This document shows positions 1-11,580 of a stretch of DNA of 64,000 bases, piece after piece. The position numbers and the translations under genes were made by a program. Under the pieces are notes generated by a model. That model was not told where the DNA came from, ran no database searches, and saw only the letters and a list, made by a program, of their open reading frames with translations. Position 1 is the stretch's first letter. The number at the start of each line of letters is the position of its first letter. Source of the DNA: Tubiluchus corallicola (Eukaryota; Animalia; Priapulida); contig JAQGDQ010000156.1 of assembly GCA_030141605.1 (NCBI GenBank), positions 248,001 through 312,000 on the forward strand, written 5' to 3'.

Positions 1-762
1 TAATGCGAGTATTGTTCACATTTCTTTGTGAACTTGGATGTTTTGTTTAGTCACAACAATAGGCACACACCATAATTACATAGTTAGATTAATAAAATAG
101 TAATTATGAAATTGATTACAAATTTTAAGAGCTAGATATGCACTGTATCATGCCTGTAAATTTCTAACTAACATAAGCTGCTAATACAATACTGAGATGA
201 AAATGAATGCCATTTAAACAACAAATTTTTGCGATATCAGTTATCTTCTTTATTTACAACCATTGATTTACAGATTGTTATCACAGCCAAAAAACATCAC
301 ATAATTATGAAGATGATCTTGCAAACATAAGAACATTTGACATTGAATTATTCAGTACACAATTAATTTCAGTTTAGACTGAACAAACAATTAATATTTT
401 AACTTCTATTTTAGTTACAAATGAAAGGACAACATAATTATATTGCCTTACTTTGGGCCTATATTAATATATTGGGTTCTATTAATACACTGCTTCATAG
501 AAGGATATCAAACATAAATGTTTAGCTTACATATTTATATTTTTAAAAATCACTTTCAATTGAACTTTTGTAAACTGGAAAATGTGCACAGTAGCATTGG
601 CAGCAACATAGCAATTTTACATCAGTTATAAAATAAAATAGGTAAGTAAGAACTATGAAGCAACTGTCGAGCAAATTGTCATTAAGATACTTCAGCAATG
701 GCTCCATGAATTTTTGCTAATGTATACTGAATTTACTAGTGTGAAGTATACTGTAAAAAACC

Positions 763-1176
763 CAGAGCTGTGTGAGTTGGTACATTAAACTCCTCACTCT
801 GGCTGCGACTCCTAGAATTTTAGAAGATCCAACTCTGACTCTGATTCCTAAAATTTTAGATCCAACTCCGACTCCTGCCTTTCAATAATAATTCGCAGTA
901 CTATCAATATTTAGCTACAGTGGCATTTCATCACTACTTCTTATGCTTGAAAAACAGTCTAGTTGCATAGACACCAACACGATAGCATCCCAGAATGGGA
1001 GATTATGCATGTGTTAAAACATGAAAAGTAACTGGAGTCTAAGTTTGTGTATTTTTTACCGACTCCAACACTGACTCCTCTGACAGTAAGCGTACACTGA
1101 CTCCAAAACCCTAATTTTTAGTAACTCCGACTCCATTAGCAATGAGAACACTGCCAACCCCGACTCCACAGCCCAG
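763..1176. mobile_element. hAT-type MITE in FAN1 3' UTR
   Basis: Imperfect TIRs CAGAGCTGTGTGAGTTGG (763) / CCGACTCCACAGCCCAG (ends 1176), many internal CCGACTCC-like subterminal repeats, exact 8-bp TSD AAAAAACC at 755-762 and 1177-1184. Confidence 0.85.
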
Positions 1177-1201
1177 AAAAAACCATTATGCAAATTTTTA
1201 A

Positions 1202-3835
1202 TCAGGAGTGTTCAAGGACTTTAACAGAATTTTTCGATGCTCCGGGAAGTTGTTTAGATCCCACAGCCCTAACATAGCACACTTCGGCATCAACGCCTAT
1301 CTGGCAGAAAAAATCAAGCCATAACATTTGCTTATGTGACAACCTATCCCCAGGACCTTTCACCTCTGACACTTTAAACATCTTTTTCTCATTATTCCAA
1401 ACCACTAGGTCTGGCATGCCACCTCTGCAATGCTTATGGTCTTTAATAATTCGCTCTAGGATTTTTGCCAGTGTTTCTCCACCAATACAGGCAATCAGGC
1501 TATTTAGGCGCTCTGGACTTTCATAAAGATCCCAGCTTATCAAAGAACACTCTTCATCTGCATGTTTCTCCCAGCAAGAAGCTATTGTGTTAGTCAAGAA
1601 ATCTTCATCACTGTTAGCAATTTCACATAACCTAGTGTCAACTGCTTCTTTTCGATTTTCATAAAAACAGTCATAACGTAGATCTAGCGGACCGGATTGA
1701 TATGGACCACGAAATGCATCAGGAATGCCTGGCATGAATAGAATGTCCCAGAATAACAATCCAAGTATAGTGGTAAAAGCTGATCCCTCACCATGAACAC
1801 CATCAGTATATCCCAACTGCTGTTTGTACTGAATTATGCATAAATTTTCTACACCGCAAGCAACCATACCCTCGTTGCCCCCATCTTCATCACAATCAGA
1901 GGTAACAAAGACAGTCTTTCCAGGAACACCAGATGACATTACTTTTCCGAGGAATATACGTTCAGGTGGCTCAGAACACGGCATTTGCGGTACGCTGATC
2001 AAAAATTTATGCAAAGACACATTGCGCGGTGACTTGCAGATTTTTTCGGCCCTCAGTCTTAGCGCCAGTCGATGTCCTGTGCGCACATGTTTATCACTCA
2101 AGCCATCAATAATGGCTTCTAAAGCTCTATCAGGCTGCTTCAGATGCTGATCCAGATTCAACGCTAGTCTGTCCCACCAACGGCCTCTGGCTTCACAACA
2201 ATAGATAGATTGGCTTAGCAAATTCCTTAGCACATCTACAGCACTGCCGTAGTCACGCAACTTCTGCAGAGTTTCGACACCCAGATAAAGAACCTTAGTA
2301 TACAACGAACATGCTGTAAAACATCTAACCCAGGGTGGAAGTGACAAATCGTATTGCAAAATGTTTTTGTCTGTGTAGAATTCATTAAATTCTGCTTTTG
2401 CTTCTTGAAAGACATTCAACGCTTCAGAGAACTTGTGTTTATCAATGAGTCCAAGCAGGTCACTTGCACGAGTTAGAATATTCTGAAATCGCAGCAGTGA
2501 TGCCCTGTCTTGAAATATCCTGGCTTTTTTCTCTACTACATACTTAGGATACTGGATTTTGCCCAAATTAACCAAGAGCATGGAAAACAGTTGTTGAAGA
2601 CCAGGCTGAGCTTGCGGATCAGTATCATCTAAGGTAATACTAGTCAAATTAAATAACATTAGTACTCTCAGCAATGTCACCCTGGGCTCTTCAGCCACAA
2701 TACATAGTTTGTCAAGCAGCTTTTTAGCTTTTTTCAGCACAAAGTGTTGTCTGCAGCTGCCAAATACATTCCTCTGCTTCGTGCATTGTTCAAGGATAAG
2801 CTTAGTAAGCGATGACATCTGTAGTCCAGTAGCAGAAATGTGCAAATCTTTTGCAAGGTTGCGCAATTCTACACTTCCTAAAAGCTTGAGAGCCACGGTG
2901 ACGTCGCAAAGGTCTTTCTCGCTCAACAAAAATTGGTTTTTGATCAGCTCACTGATAGCGGGTTGCAAGTCATCGGCAATTCGAGGATAACAAATTTTGG
3001 ATACCTGAATCCAGCGGTACTTCCTTTGGAAAAGTCGCACAAACAGTTGTTGAGCTTTAATGGACAATCCATAAAATTTGTTAATCCAGCTCATATCTGA
3101 CTCATCAACTAACAGACGGTCATGTTCATCTTCTAAGACAGACCTCAAGACCAACAAAAAATTTTCGAGATAATACGGAACAGTTTGGTTTGTTGAATTA
3201 TCATTTTCATCGCGACAGTCACTGTCGTGTACACTTGACTCGACTACACTATCCAACTTTTCTAACAAAGCACTATCACAAATTTCACTCGAAGTGGAGA
3301 TTTCAGCAGTTTTTTCTGAATTTTTTTCAGGATTAACACAGTCAATAGTTTTAAATGTGACAGCATTTTGAAGGTTTTTATCACTTTCATACTTAACGAT
3401 GTTGTCCACATTTTGTGATACAGAATGAACGATCATATTTTTCGGTTTCTCAGTGTCCACTATTTGCTTTTTAGTAGACACCAGATTTTCCTCTATATTA
3501 CTTTTTACTGCAAGTTTTCTTTTCTTCCGTGAAAGTATCCTTCTGGAGTGGTTTTCTTTTGGCTGTGGACAATCAACAATGCCATTCACATGATAACGTG
3601 CAGTGTCACTTTGTTTAATAATGTTGCTCATCGTCGAATCTACCTGTGTCAAAGATTCATCACCACAGACACAGTCTAAAGATGCACTGGCGCTGTCTCC
3701 CGATGTGACACAGAAATCATCAAGATGCTTATTTATGGAAGACAATTTCACTTCTAAACCACAAGCAGGACAATTTATCATTCTTGGCACGTGCCTTTCA
3801 AGGCAGTCGAACAGTGATATTTGCCTAGATGCCAT
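1202..3835 (-). CDS. FAN1: Fanconi-associated nuclease 1 (about 877 aa, single coding exon)
   Basis: N-terminal UBZ finger CPAC...INKHLDDFC, PYYLENF, SAP/TPR region, VRR-NUC motifs GVHGEGS, RGGMPDLVVWN and EVKGPGDRLSHKQMLWL. First true ATG is at 3835 (ORF track starts at a TTG); a splice acceptor lies 18 nt upstream (AG at 3855-3854). Confidence 0.97.
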   Translation of the reverse strand: MASRQISLFDCLERHVPRMINCPACGLEVKLSSINKHLDDFCVTSGDSASASLDCVCGDESLTQVDSTMSNIIKQSDTARYHVNGIVDCPQPKENHSRRILSRKKRKLAVKSNIEENLVSTKKQIVDTEKPKNMIVHSVSQNVDNIVKYESDKNLQNAVTFKTIDCVNPEKNSEKTAEISTSSEICDSALLEKLDSVVESSVHDSDCRDENDNSTNQTVPYYLENFLLVLRSVLEDEHDRLLVDESDMSWINKFYGLSIKAQQLFVRLFQRKYRWIQVSKICYPRIADDLQPAISELIKNQFLLSEKDLCDVTVALKLLGSVELRNLAKDLHISATGLQMSSLTKLILEQCTKQRNVFGSCRQHFVLKKAKKLLDKLCIVAEEPRVTLLRVLMLFNLTSITLDDTDPQAQPGLQQLFSMLLVNLGKIQYPKYVVEKKARIFQDRASLLRFQNILTRASDLLGLIDKHKFSEALNVFQEAKAEFNEFYTDKNILQYDLSLPPWVRCFTACSLYTKVLYLGVETLQKLRDYGSAVDVLRNLLSQSIYCCEARGRWWDRLALNLDQHLKQPDRALEAIIDGLSDKHVRTGHRLALRLRAEKICKSPRNVSLHKFLISVPQMPCSEPPERIFLGKVMSSGVPGKTVFVTSDCDEDGGNEGMVACGVENLCIIQYKQQLGYTDGVHGEGSAFTTILGLLFWDILFMPGIPDAFRGPYQSGPLDLRYDCFYENRKEAVDTRLCEIANSDEDFLTNTIASCWEKHADEECSLISWDLYESPERLNSLIACIGGETLAKILERIIKDHKHCRGGMPDLVVWNNEKKMFKVSEVKGPGDRLSHKQMLWLDFFCQIGVDAEVCYVRAVGSKQLPGASKNSVKVLEHS

Positions 3836-4031
3836 GTCTTTATCCAAAAATATCTATAGATATTAAAAAAAGTACATTAGAAAACATTTTAGAATCATAA
3901 CTATAATTTACTAAATCAGCAATAGATCTATATCACTAGGAAAATTTAGTTTAAAAAAATGAAACAGCTACAAGCCACAAAAATATCATCATTTTATTAA
4001 AAATTAGTCAAACTCACTGGCTGTTGCAGTT

Positions 4032-5493
4032 ATGCAAAACCCAGAGATTTTTATAAAAGTATCTAGTATCGAAATAATTGGGAGAGTGTGCAGCAAACGA
4101 CCACAAAGCCCGTGATGATTTGAAAAGGTGGACTTCTAAAATGTCAATTTTATTAGAATTTTCACTACTTACATATATTCCCATTGCTAGTACAGTTGCT
4201 ATCTCCCAACATTATTTCAGTTATTGATACACACTCACTCATTAATTAGCAGTTTATATACCTACCAAGAAACCAAGAACACATGGAATTATGTGATTTA
4301 AAACTGTTTAGCAAGATAATTTTACCTTATCTTAAATACTGTTCCACTATTTCTATAATTTAACAAATCATGCAGGTTTAAAGTTACACATAGCAAAAAC
4401 AAATTGCTTTGACTGTGCAATTATATGGCTTCCAGCACCATGTCATTATCCTGCTAGCCTAGGTTTACATATAAACAGTCCGATTTTAATCTTATTGTAA
4501 CGTAAAGGCCAAAATTCTCTAAAATGAAGAGATGCCGTATTATGGAAGTCATTGTCAAATGAGCGAGCATCTAGTTCTTATTATAGCTGAGCTAGAAATA
4601 CAACAAGACTTTAATTTTGCAACGAAATTGAACTAGATAATAATATTAGTGATTATTTATATTATATAGCATGTTTTTATTTTTTCTTGTTTAGAATTTG
4701 CATGACATTTTCTGGTTAATTGGAAATTACAATGGTGGATTTACGTTAGATAAAACAGTTTTTTGTTAGTTTTTTTCTGGTTTGAACTTAGCTCTTTACT
4801 TATATTTTTGATGCACAAAACGTTATTTTGCAAGTGGCATTCACAGCGTATTTAAAGCGATCTTATCACTGATTTAATTTTAGAGATTTTGATGACTTTG
4901 CTTGCATTTATTTTGTTTTAAGACTTGAATACAAATATTTTAATGTGTCAAGAATATAGCTAATTTCTTTATTTAGGCTTTTATTTTGCTTGCAAAAAAA
5001 TTACATTTTGTATGTAGAATACAATTTTCATTGATTTTACGATGCAGCACGTCTTCATTACTAACTGCTTTTGCTATCTAATCCACCTCACTTACGTGAT
5101 TTTCTTTCTAAATTTGCATTTGTTCTGACTGAAAGAGGCAGAATATCTTACAAATGTCCCAGGGAATAAGAGTTGGCATGCAAAACCCAGAGATTTTTAT
5201 AAAAGTACCTAGTATTGAAATAATTGGGAGAGTGTGCAGCAAACGACCACAAAGCCCGTGAAGATTTGAAAAGGTGGACTTCTAAAATGTCAATTTTATT
5301 AAAATTTTCACTACTTACATATATTCCCATTGCTACTACAGGTTCTATCTTCCAACATTATTTCAGTTATTGATACACACTCACTCATTAATTAGTAGTT
5401 TATATACCTACCAAGAAACCAAGAACACGTGGAATTATGTGATTTAAAACTGTTTAGCAAGATAATTTTACCTTATCTTAAATACTGTTCCAC
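4032..5493 (+). repeat. Local direct duplication, two 316-bp copies (4032-4347 and 5178-5493)
   Basis: ATGCAAAACCCAGAGATTTTTATAAAAGTA...CTTAAATACTGTTCCAC occurs twice with only scattered substitutions. Confidence 0.95.
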
Positions 5494-5789
5494 AAAATCT
5501 CTTAGAATTATATTAAGAAAGGAGCCCTTTATTTTGTTTGGCTCACAGATTCTCTCACTTTGCTATGACACAACTTCAAACAATAATTCTGCAAAATATC
5601 TCACCCGAATTTATGTGTTTTTCTATTTCATTGAGACCTGGCAAAAATGTATGAAGTGAAAAACACTAAGTCCTCGCTTAACGACTCCCCGTTTAGCAAT
5701 GTTTCGTTTTAATTTCATTGAACACTTGACACCTTTTTCTCACTTAACGACATACATTCCATTTTAATGATGTTTTTATCATTACGCTT

Positions 5790-6263
5790 AATTTGACACG
5801 ATTGCATATCTTTGCTTCATTATATTTTGTTTGAGTTTATTATACATATTTTGCTTCTTTCACTGATTTATTATATATGTTTTTTTTGTTTTTTTTTGGT
5901 TTGACTTTTTTCCAGTTTTTTGTTTTAATCGGTTAGTTAAATGCTTTACATATTTTGTTAATCATCATTTCATATTTTTCATTTTATTTCTTTGTTGCAT
6001 AGCTTACTTAGTTATTTCACTTTCATGTTTAATGTAATTCATGTTAACAGCAGCACCACAAATTTTTTACAATTTTCACGAACCTGAGAAGGGTAGCTGA
6101 CTCGATGACCAATTGGTCTTTCGCTACCCTTTCTCCTGCACCCCCCTTAACTCTTTCCTTTATGCTTAATTTATCGTTTTTAATCAATAACTAAAAAAAT
6201 AATAGTCAATTTGTATACAGGTGTAAATGAGGAGATAAATAAAAATGTCTATGTCTATGTCTA
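5790..6263 (+). mobile_element. 5'-truncated CR1-group LINE 3' end
   Basis: T-rich 3' UTR, stem-loop containing GACTCGATGACC...GGTC (6086-6135), AATAAA, then (TCTATG)n tail at about 6246-6263, the same architecture as the end of the downstream LINE. Left boundary approximate. Confidence 0.7.
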
Positions 6264-6740
6264 CTTTGCTCTCAGCCATTTTTTATTTTATCAACAACAT
6301 TTTTTACCTAATTTGAAGTGTGAAAATGGTACATATTGTGTTTTTGTGTTCTAAAAACACATTAGTAACCTAAAGAATGCAATCATGTTTTTGCTTCCCG
6401 ACTGACTATATACAAAATTTTAGCCGTTAGTACTAAGTGAGATCTATTTGCCTATTTATAAACCTCCAGACGCCCAAGTGTAAATTTTATGTAAAAGAAT
6501 TTTATCTGCTTTGAACCTGTTGGTATAACAACCAGATTAGTAGTACAAGAAATTAAAGGTCGCTCCAGTGCTTGATATTCACTAGGCAGTGTTTAACCCA
6601 TAACTACCTATTTATAGGTTTCAAAATTAAGGAACGAGCAACCGCTCGCAAGTTTAGCTAGATCCTGATACTGAAAAGATAGGTAATTGCAAGCAAGCAG
6701 AAAGAAATTAATCGGTAGAAACACGAATAAAACTCATAAA

Positions 6741-9700
6741 ATGTTTAATTTGAGTTTTGCCTCTGGAACGTATCTCAATTCTTTTACATTTCTCTTTGAA
6801 AGTCTTGGTTTCGTTTAACAACGTTTCACTTTGCGTGAGTTTTCTACTTTTACTAACTTTTCCACTAATAATAATGATCCTGATAACTTTCTTCCTTATC
6901 AAGAAAGTAATTATTATAAACTGTCAACTCTATCTAGTCAAGATGACTTAGCAAATACCAGTAAGGATTTCACTTTTGTGCATTTTAATGTCAGTAGTAT
7001 AAACAAAAATTACACTAGTATGTTAGACGTTCTTTTACACTTTCAAAACCCTCCTGACATTATAGCATTAAGTGAAACCCGTTTAAAAAAAGATCATATT
7101 TTTCTCGTTTAAAAAAAGATCATATTTTTCTCACACCCTTACCTGGGTATCAATTTATTCGTGACGATTCTACAACCAATGCAGGTGGTGTGGGATTGTA
7201 TATCAGAAACTCTGTAATTTTTTCAGAAATGCCTAAATACAAAATACACAACTCAGACTGTAAAAATGGCTCCACAAACCGTATGCAACTGGAGAATATG
7301 TGGATTGAAATAGAAACTCCACCCAACATCAAAAACATTTTATTTGGAGTCATCTACAGGCACCCAAATACTAACCTTGAAGAATTTCATGAAGAACTAG
7401 AAAGCAAATTATCCTTAATTAACAGAACTAACAAATTTTGCTATATATGCGGTGACATAAATATTAACTTACTACATAGTGACAGCAAAACCTCAGTGAC
7501 AAATTATACAAACATGTTATTCTCTAATAATTTTGTGCCAATTATAACTAAACCAACAAGAATAACTCATCACACTAATACACTCATTGATCATATTTAT
7601 ACAAATGACCTCACCAACCACGTAACACCTGGAATTTTGCTTTATCAAGTAGCCGACCATCTTCCTATATTTGCAATTATAAAGCATACTAAACTGAAAA
7701 TGAAATCCAACAAAATCACCACAAGAAATTTTAAAAATTCAACTGAACAAAATTTTTTAAATAACCTGCAGCTAGAATTAGCCAAAATAAATTTTAATGA
7801 CTTGGAAACTAATGAGGGATTTAGCAAATTTAATGAAATACTCTTCAATGTGTTTAATAATCATTTTCCTTTGCAAACTCTGTCTAGGAAAGACACTATT
7901 ACATTTCAAAAACCATGGATCACTAAAGGAATTTTAAATAGTATTAAAACCAGATCACGTCTTTACAAATCACACAAACTCTCAAATAATTTATACAAAC
8001 AAATCTACTACAAATCCTACTCAAATAAATTAAATCATGTCAAGGAATCATCAAAAAAAACAATATTACACTGAAACATTGCAAAAACACAAGAATAACA
8101 TGAAAAAAACTTGGGAAACAATAAACAGTATTATAAAAACTGATCCAAAAACACGACAAACACCAAGTAAGTTAACAATAAATAATGTGGACTATACAGA
8201 TACATATGATATTGCCAGTAAACTAAATGAGTTTTTTGTAAATATAGGACCTGACATGGCTGCCAAAATACCTAAACCTAACGTTAATTTTACTGACTTT
8301 TTAAAAAAACCCTAACCCAAATTCTTTTTTCATTAATCCTATTACTGAAAATGAAACATGCACACTTTTAAACACACTTAATTCAAACAAATCACCAGGA
8401 CCACAAAATATACCAATATCTTTTTTTAAATCTGCAAGTCAAATTATTTCACCAATACTCACATTACTGTTTAATAAATCGGTTAATGCTGGAACTTTTC
8501 CAAATATATTAAAAATAGCAAAAGTTATTCCTTTATATAAAACTGGCTCTCCACATGAACCTGGCAATTACAGACCAATATCTCTCTTATCACCAGTATC
8601 AAAAGTTTTTGAGAGTCTAATTTACAAGAGATTATACCAGTTTGTTGTGAAAAGTAATATCCTAAGTAAATACCAGTTTGGTTTCAGAAAAAATTATTCA
8701 ACTGCCCTTGCTGTATCCGAATTAATAGACACGATCTCTCTAGACACTGACAAAAAATTACTGAATTGCGGAATATTTTTAGACTTATCAAAAGCTTTTG
8801 ATACCGTACAGCATAGTATACTAATAGCCAAATTAAACCATTATGGCATCAGAGGTCTACCTTTGCAACTAATTCAATCATATCTAACTAACAGAAAACA
8901 ATTCATATCTATTAACAATGTATCATCAGACTATAAACACATATCGTGTGGAGTGCCACAAGGCTCTAATTTAGGACCTCTTCTATTCTTAATTTATATT
9001 AACGATCTTCCCACATGCAGCAACTTTCGAACCCGAATATTTGCCGATGACACTAATTTGTTCATGTCTGACTCCAATATAAATAATCTGCAAAAATCTG
9101 TTAATGACGAAATGAAAAAATAGACCTGTGGATGAGGGCAAACCAGCTATCAATTAACTACAAAAAAACCAAATTTATGATAATCAACAATAATCAAATT
9201 AACAATGCTAATAATCCAAAATTTCATATTATAATAAACAAACACAAAATTGAAGAAACAGACAACATCAAATACTTGGGCCTACTCATTGATAATAAAT
9301 TAACATGGGAACCACATATAAAACACATAACATACAAATTAAGTCGAATTACTGGAATAATTTTAAAAGTAAGGCACTACGTTGACCAATATATTCTGAA
9401 ACTTCTATATAATTCGTTAGTTTTCCCTTATTTACAATATTCCATCTTAACATGGGGTACAGCTTTTGCATCAACTCAAAAATTAATACAGACACAACAA
9501 AACAAAATAGTAAAATTAATAACTTTTGCTCGCAAATATGATCATGCTACACCATCGTTCGTAAAATTAAAAATTTTAAAAGTAAGAGATATTTACAATC
9601 TTGAGTTGTTCAAATTTATGTATAAATTCAATGCTGGTTTATTACCCGAACTTTTTAGAGAATATTTCACTAATGTTTCTGATATACATTCCTACTTCAC

Positions 9701-10393
9701 AAGAGCTGCTTCTAATGAACAGTATTTTGTGGAGAGATTTTTTACCCGACATGGTTTCAATAGCTTAAAATCACGAGGAGTTAAATTATGGAACTCGTTG
9801 CCAAAATATACCTTTGGCGGTAGCTTATTTTCTGCTTCCAAAAAATACACAAAATTCTTACTAAATGAATATACCTGTAATACATAACTTGTAAGACTAA
9901 TAAGCAAGCTATCAAGTGTGTTTTTTTCTTCTCATCTCCTAAGTAATTGTTGCTCTTTCTTATACTTACTTTTTCTCTTAAATTTTCTATATTACACTTT
10001 TTTTGATACTTATTTTATCTCTCCATACAGTCAAAATCCCCTGTCAATAAGGCCCCTATATGAAAATATATATAATAATCATAATTACTTGTATTGTTTT
10101 GTTTAGATTTTGGTGTCATCTAACTTTATTATTTTTTGTTTTCACTTATACTGTTTTCATTTATACTTTGTTTTCATTTATACTGTTTATTATTATTATT
10201 TCTTTTCCCATTTGATTTTGTTATCCGCAGTCTCACCATTTACTTTTAATATACTAATTTAATTATTAGACAGGGCAGGAGACTAGATGACCCTATGGTC
10301 CTTCCCTGCCCTGCTCCACTACTATAATTAAGTAATAACTAAAAAAACTTGTCATGTCAAACAAATGGAGAAAATAAATGTTCTATGTCTATG
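6741..10393 (+). mobile_element. CR1-group non-LTR retrotransposon, ORF2 (APE endonuclease + RT) broken by 4 indels
   Basis: Endonuclease motifs HFNVSSI, IIALSET, GGVGLY, ICGDININLL, TLIDHIY, ADHLPI; RT motifs KIAKVIPLYK, NYRPISLL, QFGFR, FLDLSKAFD, GVPQGSNLGPLLFLIYINDL, FADDT, KYLG; LWNSLP; 3' stem-loop GACTAGATGACC..GGTCCTTCC and (TCTATG)n tail at 10382-10393. 5' end not defined. Confidence 0.95.
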
Positions 10394-11439
10394 TTTAACA
10401 TTGCGTTTTGCTGGAACGCATTAGCGTCGTTAAACCAGGACTTACTGCACAAAAAATGCATTTCATAACTATTAAAGGCGCAAATGCAAGGTGCCAAAGT
10501 CTTAAAAGGTCCTAAAATTAATTTCGAAACTTGCGCTTCAAAAAATTATCATCATCATCAACCGAAATCACATGCCCAATTACCTAACTCATCTGTTGTA
10601 GACATTTCACGCACACACGTGGCAATCGCCCCAATCTTAAAATCCTTTCCTTATGCATGACTAAGTTCAACACACTGCCCAGTACCCACTAGTTTCCATG
10701 AAGATGTAATGTAACGTTTTGCTAGCCGTGGGGGATTAGTGGTGTACAAATGAATAAAAAATATTAAAAGAGTTGCCGAATCAAAAGAGGATCTGTTGTG
10801 CTCTCAATATAATTATAATTATAGTGGAAGCCTTATGTAAATAACTTGCATAGCCTACAGTCTTGAAGTTTATGATCAGAGCAAATCGAACTGAATGACC
10901 AGAAGCTGAAATTCATCAGACCTCTACAACAACGCACATACTGGCACAACCTTGAAAAAGTGGGGGATGCCAAGATAATTCAAGAACACACCGTTGATTG
11001 TGGAACATCTGAAAGATGCAGGCTGTAAGATAGCTTTTAAGGGGTGCAATAATAACTAGTACAGAATTATTTATTGCACTGAAGTATTGCTCCGTCAACT
11101 GAAAAAAATTTATCATGACTCTATTCATAGTGTTGATGCTTCGTGCTTCTCATACAGCTTGCAACATATCTTGAGGGAAGTGAGGGAACAGACTCCTATA
11201 GGTCAAGGTGAAACTAAAGATCAGTAAAACTTTACATGTCTCACAAGTTTTTTAGTCAAACTTAAACCCTCACCATAATATAAACTTTTGAAACTTAAAA
11301 TCTTACTTTCTTTACGAATGTTCAACTTCTTAATTTTATTTTAAGCTTGGTGCAAAACTTGTTCTTTTTTATTTTTTATCATTTCGTATTAAATTTGAAG
11401 CTTGCCAGTTTTAGTTGCTTGAGAGGAATGACATTATGA

Positions 11440-11580
11440 GTACAGTCACCAAAGATCGGTAAACAAACATCTATAACCAAAAATGCTTTCTCTATGTCAT
11501 TCTAGCTCACTAGTGCCAAAGACGAAAAACATGGCGGTCTTTACGCTAAAGACAAGAAACATTCACTAAAAATGTTAGTT
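11440..11580. promoter_or_regulatory. Candidate bidirectional promoter between FAN1 and BLZF1
   Basis: YY1-like AAACATGGCGG near 11527-11537, possible plus-strand donor AT/GTTAGT near 11574, possible minus-strand donor GTAAGA near 11301-11306; head-to-head gene orientation. A second candidate (CGGAAGT) is near 13468. Confidence 0.3.

Larger units (their letters stand above)
5664..10447. mobile_element. Tigger/pogo-like MITE split by nested LINE insertions (arms about 5664-5785 and 10394-10447)
   Basis: Left CACTAAGTCCTCGCTTAACGAC (5664-5685) and right GTCGTTAAACCAGGACTTACTG (10426-10447) form a 22-bp imperfect TIR of Tigger style; the TA TSD is not preserved. Confidence 0.7.

Noticed and set aside
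1836-3866. Plus-strand ORFs opposite FAN1 (also 24060-24281 opposite TMEM175)
   Set aside because: Antisense shadows of real coding sequence.
4032-5493. LTR retrotransposon from the paired 316-bp repeats
   Set aside because: No TG...CA termini, PBS, PPT, TSD or gag/pol remnant in the spacer.
10860-11130. Short similarity to 27820-27860 (GATC.GAGCA.ATCGAACTGAATG.CC)
   Set aside because: Only about 25 bp align; probably ancient repeat debris, too decayed to classify.
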